Shown here piece after piece: positions 26,633-36,002 of a stretch of DNA of 64,000 nucleotides. How positions within the stretch are numbered: the stretch's first letter is position 1; each line of letters starts with the position of its first letter. Source of the stretch: a virus; IMG/VR virus record IMGVR_UViG_3300036790_000468, positions 1 through 64,000 of that record, one strand, 5' to 3'. The notes under the pieces were generated by a model. It did not search any database, was not told where the DNA came from, and saw nothing but the letters and a program-made list of their open reading frames with translations. Made by a program: the position numbers and the translations under genes.

Positions 26633-27037
26633 TCACCACCCGCTGTACGGCGCCGTCGGGACGACTCCGGCCAGCTGCAGGATCTCCAGCGCGCCCGGGC
26701 CCAGGGGCGCCAGCGCGAGGCCTGCGGTGCCCTTCGCCCGGTTGAACGAGAGGCTGCCGACCTTCACCACGTCCATCCGCGCCTTCGCCCCCGAGTCATC
26801 GTCGAGGTCCCGCATGAACATCGCCTGCTCGCAGGTGGCCTGCATGAACGTGTCGATCAGCGCGGCGTCCGCCGGGTAGCCCTGCGGGTCCGTCGGGTAG
26901 GTCGCGGCGATCGCGCCGCGGTCGATGCACCTCGAGGCGCGGCGCAGCAAGATGGTGACGCGCGCGGGCAGCGTGTAGGTGTCGCCGGTCGCGGCCTGGT
27001 AGTCCGCGACCGTCGCGTACACGCGCACCACGCTCAT
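26633..27037 (-). CDS. Head-to-tail adaptor
   Basis: VYATVADY, LLRRASRCID and ATCEQA motifs. Confidence 0.8.
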   Translation of the reverse strand: MSVVRVYATVADYQAATGDTYTLPARVTILLRRASRCIDRGAIAATYPTDPQGYPADAALIDTFMQATCEQAMFMRDLDDDSGAKARMDVVKVGSLSFNRAKGTAGLALAPLGPGALEILQLAGVVPTAPYSGW

Positions 27038-27040
27038 CGG

Positions 27041-27415
27041 CTACCGCTTCCGGTTGGCACGGGGGACCTGGGGGGTGGCGTCGTCGGGTGCGTCGCCAGC
27101 CACGGCTACACCCGGCGACGCCACGACCGTGGTCGGCTCGCTCTCGTCGTCGTCCTCATCGTCGTCGCCGAGCTCGGCCAACTGCGCGAGCAGCCGCTCG
27201 CGCTTCGCCTTCTTCGACTCCTTCAGGTCCGCGCCCGCCAGCGCCTCCTCCTGCTCCGGGGAGAGGATCAGGGAGCGCACCGACTCCGGCGCGGGGGGCG
27301 GGCACGGCTGGAGCATCCCCTTCTTGACCTGGTTCGCCAGGTCCTCGTGCAGCGGGAGCGTGAAGCCGTGGACGCCGCCGGTGTCGCGGTGCCGGTACCA
27401 GGTGAGCTCGGCCAT
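27041..27415 (-). CDS. Hypothetical protein
   Basis: RBS GAGAGG; acidic linker. Confidence 0.6.
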   Translation of the reverse strand: MAELTWYRHRDTGGVHGFTLPLHEDLANQVKKGMLQPCPPPAPESVRSLILSPEQEEALAGADLKESKKAKRERLLAQLAELGDDDEDDDESEPTTVVASPGVAVAGDAPDDATPQVPRANRKR

Positions 27416-27439
27416 GAAGGGGGTCCTCTCGGAAGGGGG

Positions 27440-27904
27440 TCAGCCGCGCGGGCCGGCCGGGTAGTAGGAGCCGACGTACCCGTACACCGTGGTGGTGCCG
27501 AGGGTGCCGGTGAAGTTGAGCAGGACCGAGCCGTCGGGCTGCAGGAATCGGCCCGAGGTGAGCGGGCCGACGAAGTAGGTTGCGGCCGTGTTGATGTTCA
27601 GCGGGAAGTCGCCGGAGTTCGCGGCCGGGGTGAACGGGGCCTCGTTCGGGACGTCCGTGGTCGGCTGGGACGCCTTGACCACGACCGTGAAGTTGGTGCC
27701 CGCGGCGGAGGTGACGAAGAAGAGGCGCAGCTTCTCCGGCAGGAACCCGGGCTGCCCGTAAGGGGCGGCGACGGTGCCGGTGAAGAACGACGCGGGGATG
27801 CGGATGCCCCCGGAGACGTCCCCGGACAGGATCGTGTACGGGGTGGGCGGGGTGGTGTTGCCGTTGTTGTTCTCGACGGCGAACGCGGCAGCGGAGATGG
27901 CCAT
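27440..27904 (-). CDS. Putative capsid decoration protein
   Basis: Directly after MCP; GPLTSGRFLQPDG motif. Confidence 0.6.
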   Translation of the reverse strand: MAISAAAFAVENNNGNTTPPTPYTILSGDVSGGIRIPASFFTGTVAAPYGQPGFLPEKLRLFFVTSAAGTNFTVVVKASQPTTDVPNEAPFTPAANSGDFPLNINTAATYFVGPLTSGRFLQPDGSVLLNFTGTLGTTTVYGYVGSYYPAGPRG

Positions 27905-27906
27905 GG

Positions 27907-28806
27907 TCAGATTCCCGTCGGACGCTCGACGTAGGCCACAGCAAGGGCCTCGGGCCTGGTGAGTTTGGCGCCGTAGACGTGCAGGCCTCGGACGAGGTCG
28001 CCGAAGTCGGTCTGCGCGCGCAGGGCCTCGTTCTCGGCGACCTGGTCGCCGAAGGTGATCGCGGAGTTGTGGCCGGCCTGGATGGCCCACACCCCGGTTC
28101 CGGGGCCGCCGGCGACGGTCTGCACCGTGTTGTTGGACTCGAGGATGACGAAGCCCGCCGCGCGGCCGACCGCGCCGTTCTCGAAGACGACGCCTTCCGC
28201 GCCGTTGGTGCCGGGGAAGGCGATGAACGCCTGTGTCTGGGCGAGCAGGCCCGTCGCCCATGGCGGCAACACCACGTAGCGTCCCTGCTTCGGGACGTTG
28301 TTCTGCGAGAGCAGCACGCCGAGGGGGATGAGGACCTTCAGGTACAGGTCGGCGACGGCGCTCGAGGAGTAGACGCCCGGGGTGAGCGGGGCGCCGGAGG
28401 AGCCGAGCACGTTCGCCGGGGCCACGCCGGTGTACATGGCGGCGATGAACTGGTCCATCTGGTCGGCGAGCTTGTAGTTCGCGCGGTCCTCGAAGAACCC
28501 CTGGAAGTCGCCCATCTGCTGGCGCCGGTCGACGTCGTTGATGATCGTCGCCCAGTACTTGGCCTGGTCGATCTGGAGGGACTGGCCGGCGTCGAGGATC
28601 TGCTGGTAGTTGAGGCCAGCATTGATCACGTAGTTGGAGATGACGGGGTCGCCCATGGACGTGATGTGCAGGACGTCGCCGAGCCGGGCGATCTCGCCCT
28701 CGTAGTCCCGGTTGATCACGTACTGGGAGCCGAAGACGAGGGTCTTCTCCAGGGCCGCGAGCAGGACCTTCGACCATACTTGCGGCTTGTAGTGCAGAAC
28801 AGTCAT
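27907..28806 (-). CDS. Major capsid protein (HK97 fold, P22-coat-like)
   Basis: YKPQVWS, NRDYEGEI, GRAAGF and VRGLHVYGAKLTRPEAL motifs. Confidence 0.9.
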   Translation of the reverse strand: MTVLHYKPQVWSKVLLAALEKTLVFGSQYVINRDYEGEIARLGDVLHITSMGDPVISNYVINAGLNYQQILDAGQSLQIDQAKYWATIINDVDRRQQMGDFQGFFEDRANYKLADQMDQFIAAMYTGVAPANVLGSSGAPLTPGVYSSSAVADLYLKVLIPLGVLLSQNNVPKQGRYVVLPPWATGLLAQTQAFIAFPGTNGAEGVVFENGAVGRAAGFVILESNNTVQTVAGGPGTGVWAIQAGHNSAITFGDQVAENEALRAQTDFGDLVRGLHVYGAKLTRPEALAVAYVERPTGI

Positions 28807-28904
28807 CTGCTCGCCTTCACGGACGGGGGGTGACAAGGGATGCCGTTTCGGCGATCCCGCGTCGTCCCGTTCCGGGGCGGCAGGCGGGTCCTACGGTGGT
28901 GCGG

Positions 28905-29552
28905 TCAGCTACCGAGGTAGCTCTTGAGCAGGCCGTCCCTGTGCGCCTTGGCGACCTGCGCCGGCGTCATCCGGTCGACGTCCGCGGCGGTGAGCTGGCG
29001 TGCGGTGCCCGGTGCGGCGTCGAATCCGCCGGCTGTCGAGGCCTGCGGGGGTGCCGGTGCGGCCGGTGCGGGGGCTGCGGTGGCGTAGCGCGGGTTGGCG
29101 GCGACCGCGGCCTTCACGGCCTCGGCCAGCGCGCCCGTGTCTGACGGGTCGATCTTCTCCAGCGCGGCCAGGAACGCCCGGGAGTCGAGCAGCGCGGCCG
29201 GGTCGGCTCCCGCGGCGTGCGCGGCGAGGAGTACCGCGCGCTCACGGGCGAGCATCGCCTTCTCGACCTTCGCCGCGGCCAGTTCGCGGGCGATGGCCTC
29301 AGGGTCGGCTTTGGTGTCGACGGGCAGTCCGAGCTCGGCCGCGATCTTCCTGATCGCGGCGTCGCGCTTGGCCCCGTCCTCGGCGGACTGGGCGTTGGCC
29401 TTCGCCTTGCCTTCCCAGTCGCGGGCGTGGCCCTTCCACTTGTCGCGGTCGGTCTGGAGCGCGGCGAGCTGTGCGGCGAGGTCCGTTTCGGGCGTCGCCG
29501 TGGGCACCGGCGCTGGCGGAGCGCCCGGGTCGGTGGTGGCTGGGTCGGTCAC
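28905..29552 (-). CDS. Capsid scaffolding protein
   Basis: DKWKGHARDWE coiled coil and ALLDSRAF; precedes MCP. Confidence 0.8.
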   Translation of the reverse strand: MTDPATTDPGAPPAPVPTATPETDLAAQLAALQTDRDKWKGHARDWEGKAKANAQSAEDGAKRDAAIRKIAAELGLPVDTKADPEAIARELAAAKVEKAMLARERAVLLAAHAAGADPAALLDSRAFLAALEKIDPSDTGALAEAVKAAVAANPRYATAAPAPAAPAPPQASTAGGFDAAPGTARQLTAADVDRMTPAQVAKAHRDGLLKSYLGS

Positions 29553-29615
29553 GTTCTTCTCCCGTTGCGGGGGTAGGCGCCAGGTCGCCGTTGCGGCGGC
29601 CGGCTGCCGTGATTA

Positions 29616-29631
29616 TCGCACACACGTTCGA
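29616..29631. promoter_or_regulatory. LexA box upstream of scaffold/capsid
   Basis: TCGCAC-ACAC-GTTCGA (1 mismatch), overlapping a minus-strand GATAAT. Confidence 0.7.
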
Positions 29632-29648
29632 TTCGAGGCAGTCGCCGG

Positions 29649-29957
29649 TCAGTAGCCGGGTGCGGCGTCCATCTGCGCGTCCGGATACGTCGAGTAGCCC
29701 GGGGACGCGTCGAGCACCTCCGGCGACGCGGCCGTCTTGCCGCCGGCCATGGGTGAGATGTTCGACCCGATGCCCTGCGAGCAGTCGTACGGCCCGGCGT
29801 GCCCGGGGACGTTGGAGGGGACGTGCTTGCCTGCGGCCGGCTGGCCGCCGTGGCGCATCGGCGTCGGCTGCTGGCGTACCTGAGACTTGCCCGGCACGGT
29901 GACAGGCTGCTTCGGAGCCGCGGCCGCCTTCGGGGCGCCCTTCTTGGGTGCGGTCAT
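29649..29957 (-). CDS. Hypothetical protein
   Basis: ATGA overlap with the portal stop. Confidence 0.55.
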   Translation of the reverse strand: MTAPKKGAPKAAAAPKQPVTVPGKSQVRQQPTPMRHGGQPAAGKHVPSNVPGHAGPYDCSQGIGSNISPMAGGKTAASPEVLDASPGYSTYPDAQMDAAPGY

Positions 29958-31654
29958 ATCGAGAGCTCCCTACTCGGGTCGGACGCGACGGACGTGTCCG
30001 AGGTGATCTGGACGTCTCCTGCGATCTCGTCGATCTCCTGGCCGATCGTGGCCTCGGAGTCCTGCGGGCCCTGGAGCATGACGCGGGCGCGCCCGAGGAT
30101 GTCGAACGCGGCCTCGTCGCGGATCCGGTCGAGCTCCTCGGTGACCTGGTCGTCCGTCCAGTCCGGGTGCAGCAGCTGGATCATGGTCTGCTTGGACGCG
30201 GCCTGCGCGGTGTTCATCGCGACGATGGTGGTCGAGGTCTCGGAGAGGGACGGCAGGATCATCTCCGGCCACATGATCAGCGGCCGGGCCGGGGTGATCG
30301 GCCGCTTGAACACGGACTTCTCGATCCACTGCAGCGAGTAGAGGGCGTCGCGCAGGCCGGGGCGCCAGTACTGCTGCTTGCGCTTCCCGGTCATCAGGGT
30401 GCGCCGGTCGCGGTCCTCGACCTCGGTCGCGGTCATCGCCACGTTCGTCGACTCCCCGAAGATCTGCCCGGAGTACCCGGCGGAGCGCAGGGTGTCGCCG
30501 AGGATCTGCTTCATCGTGCTCTGATGGTCTTCCCAGCGGATCGCGAACTGGTTCGCGGTGATCGCACTGTCCGCGGTGCCCGACAGCATCTTGAGCGGCA
30601 CGAACACCTCCTTCTCGATGTCCGCGAGCGCGCCCTTCCCGGGCCCGAGGTCGTTGAGGTAGTCCGGGGGTACCATCAGGCGCATCTTGCCGAGCCGGAT
30701 ATCGCGCATCCAGCTCGAGAAAGTTTCGTCGAGGGAGTCCATCAGCCCCTCGATCCCGGCGAAATCGGACCGGCCGAGAGCGGCGGCGTGCCCGAGGTGG
30801 CGCCAGTACCGGTTCGGGCGCATGTTCGGGATGTAGGTGACCGTGGATGCGTCCGGGGCGATGTCCGGGAAGCGGATCGCGTTGTCCGAGTCGAGCGTCG
30901 CGAACAGCGGCTGCAGGTCCGGGTAGTCGCGCAGTCCGACGACGGACCCGAGGGTCTGCTGGTCGCCGACGTACACGGAGTGGTAGACGCTGTTGGTGCG
31001 GATGTCGTGGTGCTCGAGGTGGCGGTGGACCTCGTCGCCGTCGTCGACCAGGACGCGCCAGAACGTCACCTCGGTCAGTTTCCCGGCGCGGAACACCGGG
31101 ACGGCGGCGTCGGCGTGCACGAGCTCGATCCACGGCCGGTCCGACAGGGCCTGGTCGTAGACGGTGCGCAGGTACAGGCCGCCGAGGCCGGCGCACAGGT
31201 CCGCTCCCTCGTGGAGGGTCGAGTGCAGGTCGTCGTCGAACCGCTCCTCACACCAGTCCGCGACCGCGGTGTCGCCGTCTTCGGCCTCGAACTTCGGGCG
31301 TTTGGCGAACAGCAGGTCGGCGGACATGGTGGTGATGTCGGTGGCGAGCGGTATGTGGACCTTGGTGCGCTTCTCGCCAGCCGAGGGTGTGGTGCCCCAG
31401 AACGTGCGGTCGACGGAGCCGAGGAGGCCGCCGCGGTAGGAGCCGGGGCGCGGTTGGCGGATGGACTGTTCGCCGGTGGTGCGGAAGAAGTTCCTGCCGA
31501 CCTGGCTGTTGGCACCGAGGTTCTGGTAGGCCCAGGCGAGTTGGTCGGGTTTGCCGGAGTACCAGGCGGACCATAGGCGCTGGTCGTGGGCGACGGGGTC
31601 CCAGTGCCAGGGTGGCCATGGCTGGTCTGCTGCGTCTGGTCCGGGGAGTGCCAC
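29954..31654 (-). CDS. Portal protein (SPP1 gp6/A118-like)
   Basis: HIPLATDIT..SADLLF, GRSDF, LDETFSSWMRDIRLG, TATEV and LHPDW motifs. Confidence 0.92.
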   Translation of the reverse strand: MALPGPDAADQPWPPWHWDPVAHDQRLWSAWYSGKPDQLAWAYQNLGANSQVGRNFFRTTGEQSIRQPRPGSYRGGLLGSVDRTFWGTTPSAGEKRTKVHIPLATDITTMSADLLFAKRPKFEAEDGDTAVADWCEERFDDDLHSTLHEGADLCAGLGGLYLRTVYDQALSDRPWIELVHADAAVPVFRAGKLTEVTFWRVLVDDGDEVHRHLEHHDIRTNSVYHSVYVGDQQTLGSVVGLRDYPDLQPLFATLDSDNAIRFPDIAPDASTVTYIPNMRPNRYWRHLGHAAALGRSDFAGIEGLMDSLDETFSSWMRDIRLGKMRLMVPPDYLNDLGPGKGALADIEKEVFVPLKMLSGTADSAITANQFAIRWEDHQSTMKQILGDTLRSAGYSGQIFGESTNVAMTATEVEDRDRRTLMTGKRKQQYWRPGLRDALYSLQWIEKSVFKRPITPARPLIMWPEMILPSLSETSTTIVAMNTAQAASKQTMIQLLHPDWTDDQVTEELDRIRDEAAFDILGRARVMLQGPQDSEATIGQEIDEIAGDVQITSDTSVASDPSRELSI

Positions 31655-31750
31655 GGGGTGCCCTTTCGGCGGGGAAGCGGCGGTGTGGTTGCCGTTTCGG
31701 CGCCGTGCGGGCCCTTTGCGGGTGGTCGCAGGGTGGTGCTGGTCAGCAGG

Positions 31751-32194
31751 TTACTGCTTGGTGGGTCCGTTGACGCCCTGGAACTGCAGGCGCGTGTCGG
31801 TGAGGTACTTAGGCTCGTCGAGGAACCGCGTCTTCGTGGCCGGCCGCCCTGAGTCGTCGAGCGCGGTCGCGAGCTCGGCTTCGGTGACGGTGACCTCGAA
31901 GGCAGCGCTGTCGCGCAGGGCTCCGGTCACGATGGGCGCTGCCTCCACCATCCGAGCGACGAGCGCCTGCTCCAGCGCCTTCCCCCATATCTCGGGCTTG
32001 TAGAACAACCCATGCCGAGGTTCCGCGTCCGGGTCGCGCGGGGGCGGTGGCACGTACTGCGGCCACGTGACGACCGCGTGATGGTCGCCGTCGTGGCCCT
32101 TCGGCAGGTCGCATTCGACGGTGAGCCCTTCGTAGGGGTCGCCTTCGAGGTCGCCGCAGAGCTCGGGCTCAGCCACGACGCGGCCTCTTCCCAC
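31751..32194 (-). CDS. Hypothetical protein
   Basis: C..C..GHDGDH motif followed by YKPEIW and APIVTGALRDS. Confidence 0.55.
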   Translation of the reverse strand: MGRGRVVAEPELCGDLEGDPYEGLTVECDLPKGHDGDHHAVVTWPQYVPPPPRDPDAEPRHGLFYKPEIWGKALEQALVARMVEAAPIVTGALRDSAAFEVTVTEAELATALDDSGRPATKTRFLDEPKYLTDTRLQFQGVNGPTKQ

Positions 32195-32331
32195 GGTGGA
32201 TGAGCACCACGAGCATCCCCGTCCACCAGCACAGCGTGAAGCCGCACAAGCCGTGTCCGGGATTCCAGGCGCGGCCGATCGGCAGCCAGCGGCGTTGCGT
32301 CGGCTTGACGCGGATCACCTCGAGGTACATG

Positions 32332-32691
32332 TTAGGCCGCTGCTGTGATGGCGCGCTGCCCGGTGGTCAGTTCCGCGTCCTCGACGATCTCAGCGTCCAC
32401 CACGTCATCGGTGGGGTGTGCCGCGTCCCATGCCGCCAGGTCGTCCCCGAAGCGCTTGATCTCCTCGACGACGCTCATGGGCACGTCGGTACAAACGATG
32501 TGGGTGAACGCGAGCGGTGAGCGCCACGTCGTGAGCGTCATATGGGTGGGGATGGCCGCGAGCTCTACCTCGCCGATCTCGATCTGCTGCTCGCCTGTGC
32601 GTGCGATCAGGATGCCGATGATCTGCTGGAGCGCTTGGATGCGCTCGTAGGGATCGGGTGCGTTGAGGAGGCTGGCCACGTCACCCGCCAC
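32332..32691 (-). CDS. Hypothetical protein
   Basis: Coupled operon. Confidence 0.55.
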   Translation of the reverse strand: MAGDVASLLNAPDPYERIQALQQIIGILIARTGEQQIEIGEVELAAIPTHMTLTTWRSPLAFTHIVCTDVPMSVVEEIKRFGDDLAAWDAAHPTDDVVDAEIVEDAELTTGQRAITAAA

Positions 32692-33085
32692 CCATCTGTG
32701 GGGGTGTGTTGCCGTTGCCGAGGATGATGCCGCTCGCCGTGCGCCCCGGGATCACCGGCCCGTTCTGCAGCTGCAGATGGCAGCGTGCGAGGGAGCGGCC
32801 TTCGACCACGAACTCGGCCGGAGTGATGGCCGGAAGCAGCTCGCCGGGGATGCCCTGCTGCTCGGCCTGGATCCGCTGGAGCACGCAGCCGAAGCAGGAG
32901 AGGCCCGCGACACCCGGTTCGGCGGTGACGGCCGCGCCCATGGAGTCGACGAACGCGCGGATCTGGTCGAGCGACGCGGCGAGCGTGACGTAGGGGCGTT
33001 CGCTGGTGGAGGCGGCGGTGACGGCGTTGCGCAGCGCGGTGGAGATCTCGGCGAGCGCGCCGGTGAACTCGGCCGGGGTCGTCAC
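32681..33085 (-). CDS. Hypothetical protein (CxxC...CH)
   Basis: GTGA coupling to the upstream gene. Confidence 0.55.
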   Translation of the reverse strand: MTTPAEFTGALAEISTALRNAVTAASTSERPYVTLAASLDQIRAFVDSMGAAVTAEPGVAGLSCFGCVLQRIQAEQQGIPGELLPAITPAEFVVEGRSLARCHLQLQNGPVIPGRTASGIILGNGNTPPQMGGG

Positions 33086-33345
33086 GAGCGCTCCACCTCC
33101 CGCGCACTGACCTGGCCGCCCCGTTCGATCGCTTCCACCAGATGGGAGCGGATCATCAGGACGGTGCCCTCGACGTCGTCGAAGATGTAGCAGCCTTCTG
33201 ACTCGCGGAAGGCCGCCGCCTCGACGGTGCGGCACTCGCGACCGAGGGTCTGCGGCTCGGAGAGGGTGCCGTCAGGCATCAGCCACGGCTTCGGGGGCGC
33301 GAGGTCGATGCGGTACCGGTAGACCGGGATGCGCGCAGTGGACAT
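33082..33345 (-). CDS. Hypothetical protein, probably leaderless
   Basis: ATG lies 3 nt from a LexA box. Confidence 0.55.
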   Translation of the reverse strand: MSTARIPVYRYRIDLAPPKPWLMPDGTLSEPQTLGRECRTVEAAAFRESEGCYIFDDVEGTVLMIRSHLVEAIERGGQVSAREVERS

Positions 33346-33348
33346 GAT

Positions 33349-33364
33349 TCGAACCTTTGTTCGG
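33349..33364. promoter_or_regulatory. LexA box
   Basis: TCGAAC-CTTT-GTTCGG (1 mismatch) in the short gap after terL. Confidence 0.7.
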
Positions 33365-33377
33365 GTGGCTGGTGGAT

Positions 33378-34640
33378 TCACGATACCGCCGCGAGCGGAC
33401 GGCGCAGAGTGCCTTCCCACGCGTTCCTGGTCGTGTACAGGCCGTACCTGAGGGCGTCCGCGCCGTGGTCGTTGACCTTCAGCGGCTTGTCCTCGCCGAG
33501 CTTCTGCGCGGCCGCGTCCCACGAGTAGCCGGCCAGCTCCCCGATCAGGTGCGGGCACGCGCGGGAGATCCGCAGCTGGTCGTTGGACAGCAGCGTCGCC
33601 ACCGTGCGGATCCCGTCGAGCACGTCGTTGAGCGCGGCCCACGACGCCATCCCGTCGCGCTGCAGCTGCGCCCGGAACGAGGCCGCGGAGGGGTCGACGA
33701 CGATGTACTCGACTTCTGGGCCCGTGTACTCGGTGCCGGGGATGGGGATCGTCGGCAGCCATGCGCGCAGGGCGGCGGAGTACTCGGCGTCGGTCATCTG
33801 CCGGTGCGCGGTCCTCGAGTCGTGCCGGTACTCGGCGAGGACGTACAGGCGCTTGTCGACGCCGACGCCGAGCAGGACGGCGTGGCAGGGGTTGCTGGTG
33901 CCGTAGTCGACGCCGACGCACAGCCAGCGTTCGATGAACGGCAGATCCTGCGGCTCGAGGGTGTGGACGTCGAGGTCGAACATGTCGTAGATCGCGCCCT
34001 CCGCCAGGACCCACAGGCCGTCTACGAACCGTTTGCGCCACAGGCCCGTGTATTGGCGGCGCAGGTAGGCGACGTAGGAGGGGTCGAGGAAGGGGTTGTC
34101 GTCGAGGGTGAAATGCCAGGATCGGATGTCGGGGTCTGGGCGGTCGAGCCAGTCGCGTTTGAGCCAGTGGTTCGGGCCGTCCGGATTCGTGGTCGCGTAC
34201 AACTTCGCGCCGCGCACGGACATGCGGGCCACGAGCTGCTGGAACGTGCTCTCGGGCAAGATCGTCGCTTCGTCGACGAGCGCGCCGGCCACCGTCATGC
34301 CACGGACTTTCGCCTCGGACTGGATGTCGTTGGCACCGAGGACGTGGACCTGGCGCCCGAGGATGGTGGCGGAGTTGGCGCCGTCGGTGTAGGCGACGGT
34401 CTTGGCCAGCGCCCCGTAGAGCAGAGGGTCTTTCAGGACGTTGATGACGTTGCGGGCGATGGTTTCTTTGGTGCGGCCCATCATGACGAGTTCGCCGGAG
34501 GGCGGGGCGTGGCGGATGTGGTTGAACCAGGAGAAGTTCGCGCCCACGGATTTGCCGGAGCGGACGGCGCCTTCCCAGATGTTGATCCGCGCGCTGGCCT
34601 CGTCGATCGAGAGGGTCTGCTTGTCGGACAGGCCGCTCAC
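33378..34640 (-). CDS. terL: Terminase large subunit (PBSX-type)
   Basis: GAVRSGKS Walker A, LVDE Walker B, TTNP, VDYG, DPSA and DHGADALRY. Confidence 0.96.
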   Translation of the reverse strand: MSGLSDKQTLSIDEASARINIWEGAVRSGKSVGANFSWFNHIRHAPPSGELVMMGRTKETIARNVINVLKDPLLYGALAKTVAYTDGANSATILGRQVHVLGANDIQSEAKVRGMTVAGALVDEATILPESTFQQLVARMSVRGAKLYATTNPDGPNHWLKRDWLDRPDPDIRSWHFTLDDNPFLDPSYVAYLRRQYTGLWRKRFVDGLWVLAEGAIYDMFDLDVHTLEPQDLPFIERWLCVGVDYGTSNPCHAVLLGVGVDKRLYVLAEYRHDSRTAHRQMTDAEYSAALRAWLPTIPIPGTEYTGPEVEYIVVDPSAASFRAQLQRDGMASWAALNDVLDGIRTVATLLSNDQLRISRACPHLIGELAGYSWDAAAQKLGEDKPLKVNDHGADALRYGLYTTRNAWEGTLRRPLAAVS

Positions 34641-35131
34641 GTAGTGTCGCGGATCTCGGCCGCGCGTTCGGCGACGGCGTCCATGAACCCGTCGAGGACC
34701 GAGACGGCGTCGGACAGGCCGCCGTCGGAGTCCTGCGCGACCAGGCGCAGGTGCGTCGCCATGAGGGACGAGAGGGCGCCGGAGAACTGGCGCATCTCCC
34801 CGGCCGGCGGGAGGGGGTGGGTGCGATGCCGGTATTCGCCGTCCTTGCCGAACCAGCCGAAGCTCAAGTATTCGCTGCCCATCCGGTCGGCTAGTTGGTC
34901 GACGATGGTCAGGAGGCGCTCGCTGATCGCGGCCCGGCGTGCCGCGGCGTCCAGCTGGTGGGCTTGGACGGCCGCGGCCGTCTGTGTGCGCTCGAACGAG
35001 CCGGGGCGCGCGTATTTGTGCACAGTGGAGGGGGAAACGTGCAGTTCGCGGGCGATCGAGGAGAGGGATCGGCCGTCAGCGGCGAGGTGCCGGATGGTCT
35101 CGATCTTCTTCGCGCTGAGCGCGCTGGGCAT
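34637..35131 (-). CDS. terS: Terminase small subunit (N-terminal HTH)
   Basis: SLSSIARELHVSPSTVHKYA HTH, directly upstream of terL. Confidence 0.8.
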   Translation of the reverse strand: MPSALSAKKIETIRHLAADGRSLSSIARELHVSPSTVHKYARPGSFERTQTAAAVQAHQLDAAARRAAISERLLTIVDQLADRMGSEYLSFGWFGKDGEYRHRTHPLPPAGEMRQFSGALSSLMATHLRLVAQDSDGGLSDAVSVLDGFMDAVAERAAEIRDTT

Positions 35132-35163
35132 CCGGCCTCCCGTGCGTCCAGGCTGGCGAAGGT

Positions 35164-35179
35164 TCGAACATTTGATCGA
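35164..35179. promoter_or_regulatory. LexA box at the terS (late) promoter
   Basis: TCGAAC-ATTT-GATCGA (1 mismatch), overlapping a minus-strand TAGAAT -10. Confidence 0.7.
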
Positions 35180-35181
35180 TT

Positions 35182-35634
35182 CTACGTCGTGGCGGTTGTC
35201 GGTGGCTGCCGTTGTCGGGGGCTTTCTGGCGTCTGACTGGCTGCGGTGGACGCTGGCGGTGTGTGCGCGCCGTGGCGGCCTGTCTCCGGGCCGTCCTGGG
35301 GGTGTGGTGGCGGATCGGCGGTGAGCGTGTCGCCGTCGAGCGCATGGAGGACTTGCGCGATGGTCCAGTTGGTGTTGTCGAGCTGGTTGATCGCGGCCTG
35401 GTGCCAGTCCTCGGCGACAGCGCGGACGGCCGTCAGCGTGCTGCGTGCCTCGTCGAGTTCGTGGAGCACCTCGCGCAGGTCGGCGTGCGTGAGTTCGAGC
35501 CACGACGGCCCTTCGAGCCCGAGCCGGGGTTGGGTGACGATGGGGATGGCGAGCAGTTCCGGCTTGTCCCAGCGCTCTGCCCACTGTTCGCGGATGTCGA
35601 GGTATGCGGTGATGCGGTCTGCGGCGGTGGTCAC
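35182..35634 (-). CDS. Hypothetical protein
   Basis: GTGA coupling to the upstream gene. Confidence 0.55.
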   Translation of the reverse strand: MTTAADRITAYLDIREQWAERWDKPELLAIPIVTQPRLGLEGPSWLELTHADLREVLHELDEARSTLTAVRAVAEDWHQAAINQLDNTNWTIAQVLHALDGDTLTADPPPHPQDGPETGRHGAHTPPASTAASQTPESPRQRQPPTTATT

Positions 35635-36002
35635 CGGCCACCGGCCCGGGTGAGGTTGCCGATGTGCTCGACGGCGAGGCCGAGTTTCGCCTTCAGGTCG
35701 TCGATCTCCTTGAGGGCGCTGTTGAGCCGCAGTTTCGTGTGGCTGAGTTCTCCGAGCTGGCGCCCGACGATGCGTGTCGCGTCGGCGAGTTCGCGGTTGA
35801 GCCGCTCGACTTCGGCGACGTTGGCGCGATACCGCTCGGAGACGATCGCGAGGGCTTCGGTGTCGTCTTGGATCCGCTTGTTGAGCCGGCCGATCTCGTC
35901 GAGCAGCTCGGCGCGCTGGACGAGCAGTTCGACGCGGGTAACGGTCCAGGGGTCTGTCGCGTGAATCTCGGCGATCCGCTGCCCGCTGATCGGCGCGGTC
36001 AC
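35631..36002 (-). CDS. Coiled-coil hypothetical protein
   Basis: Heptad pattern; coupled. Confidence 0.6.
   Translation of the reverse strand: MTAPISGQRIAEIHATDPWTVTRVELLVQRAELLDEIGRLNKRIQDDTEALAIVSERYRANVAEVERLNRELADATRIVGRQLGELSHTKLRLNSALKEIDDLKAKLGLAVEHIGNLTRAGGR

Larger units (their letters stand above)
1..35181 (-). mobile_element. Temperate siphovirus gene set A (packaging, head, tail, lysis, accessory, attP, serine integrase, immunity, early genes); continues off the left edge
   Basis: Canonical gene order TerS-TerL-portal-scaffold-MCP-tail-TMP-lysin, then integrase/CI/Cro. The boundary with set B is uncertain. Confidence 0.8.

Noticed and set aside
33357-35324. Long plus-strand ORFs opposite terL (and similar ones opposite portal, TMP and traB)
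   Set aside because: Typical stop-poor antisense frames of high-GC coding DNA, with no recognisable motifs.
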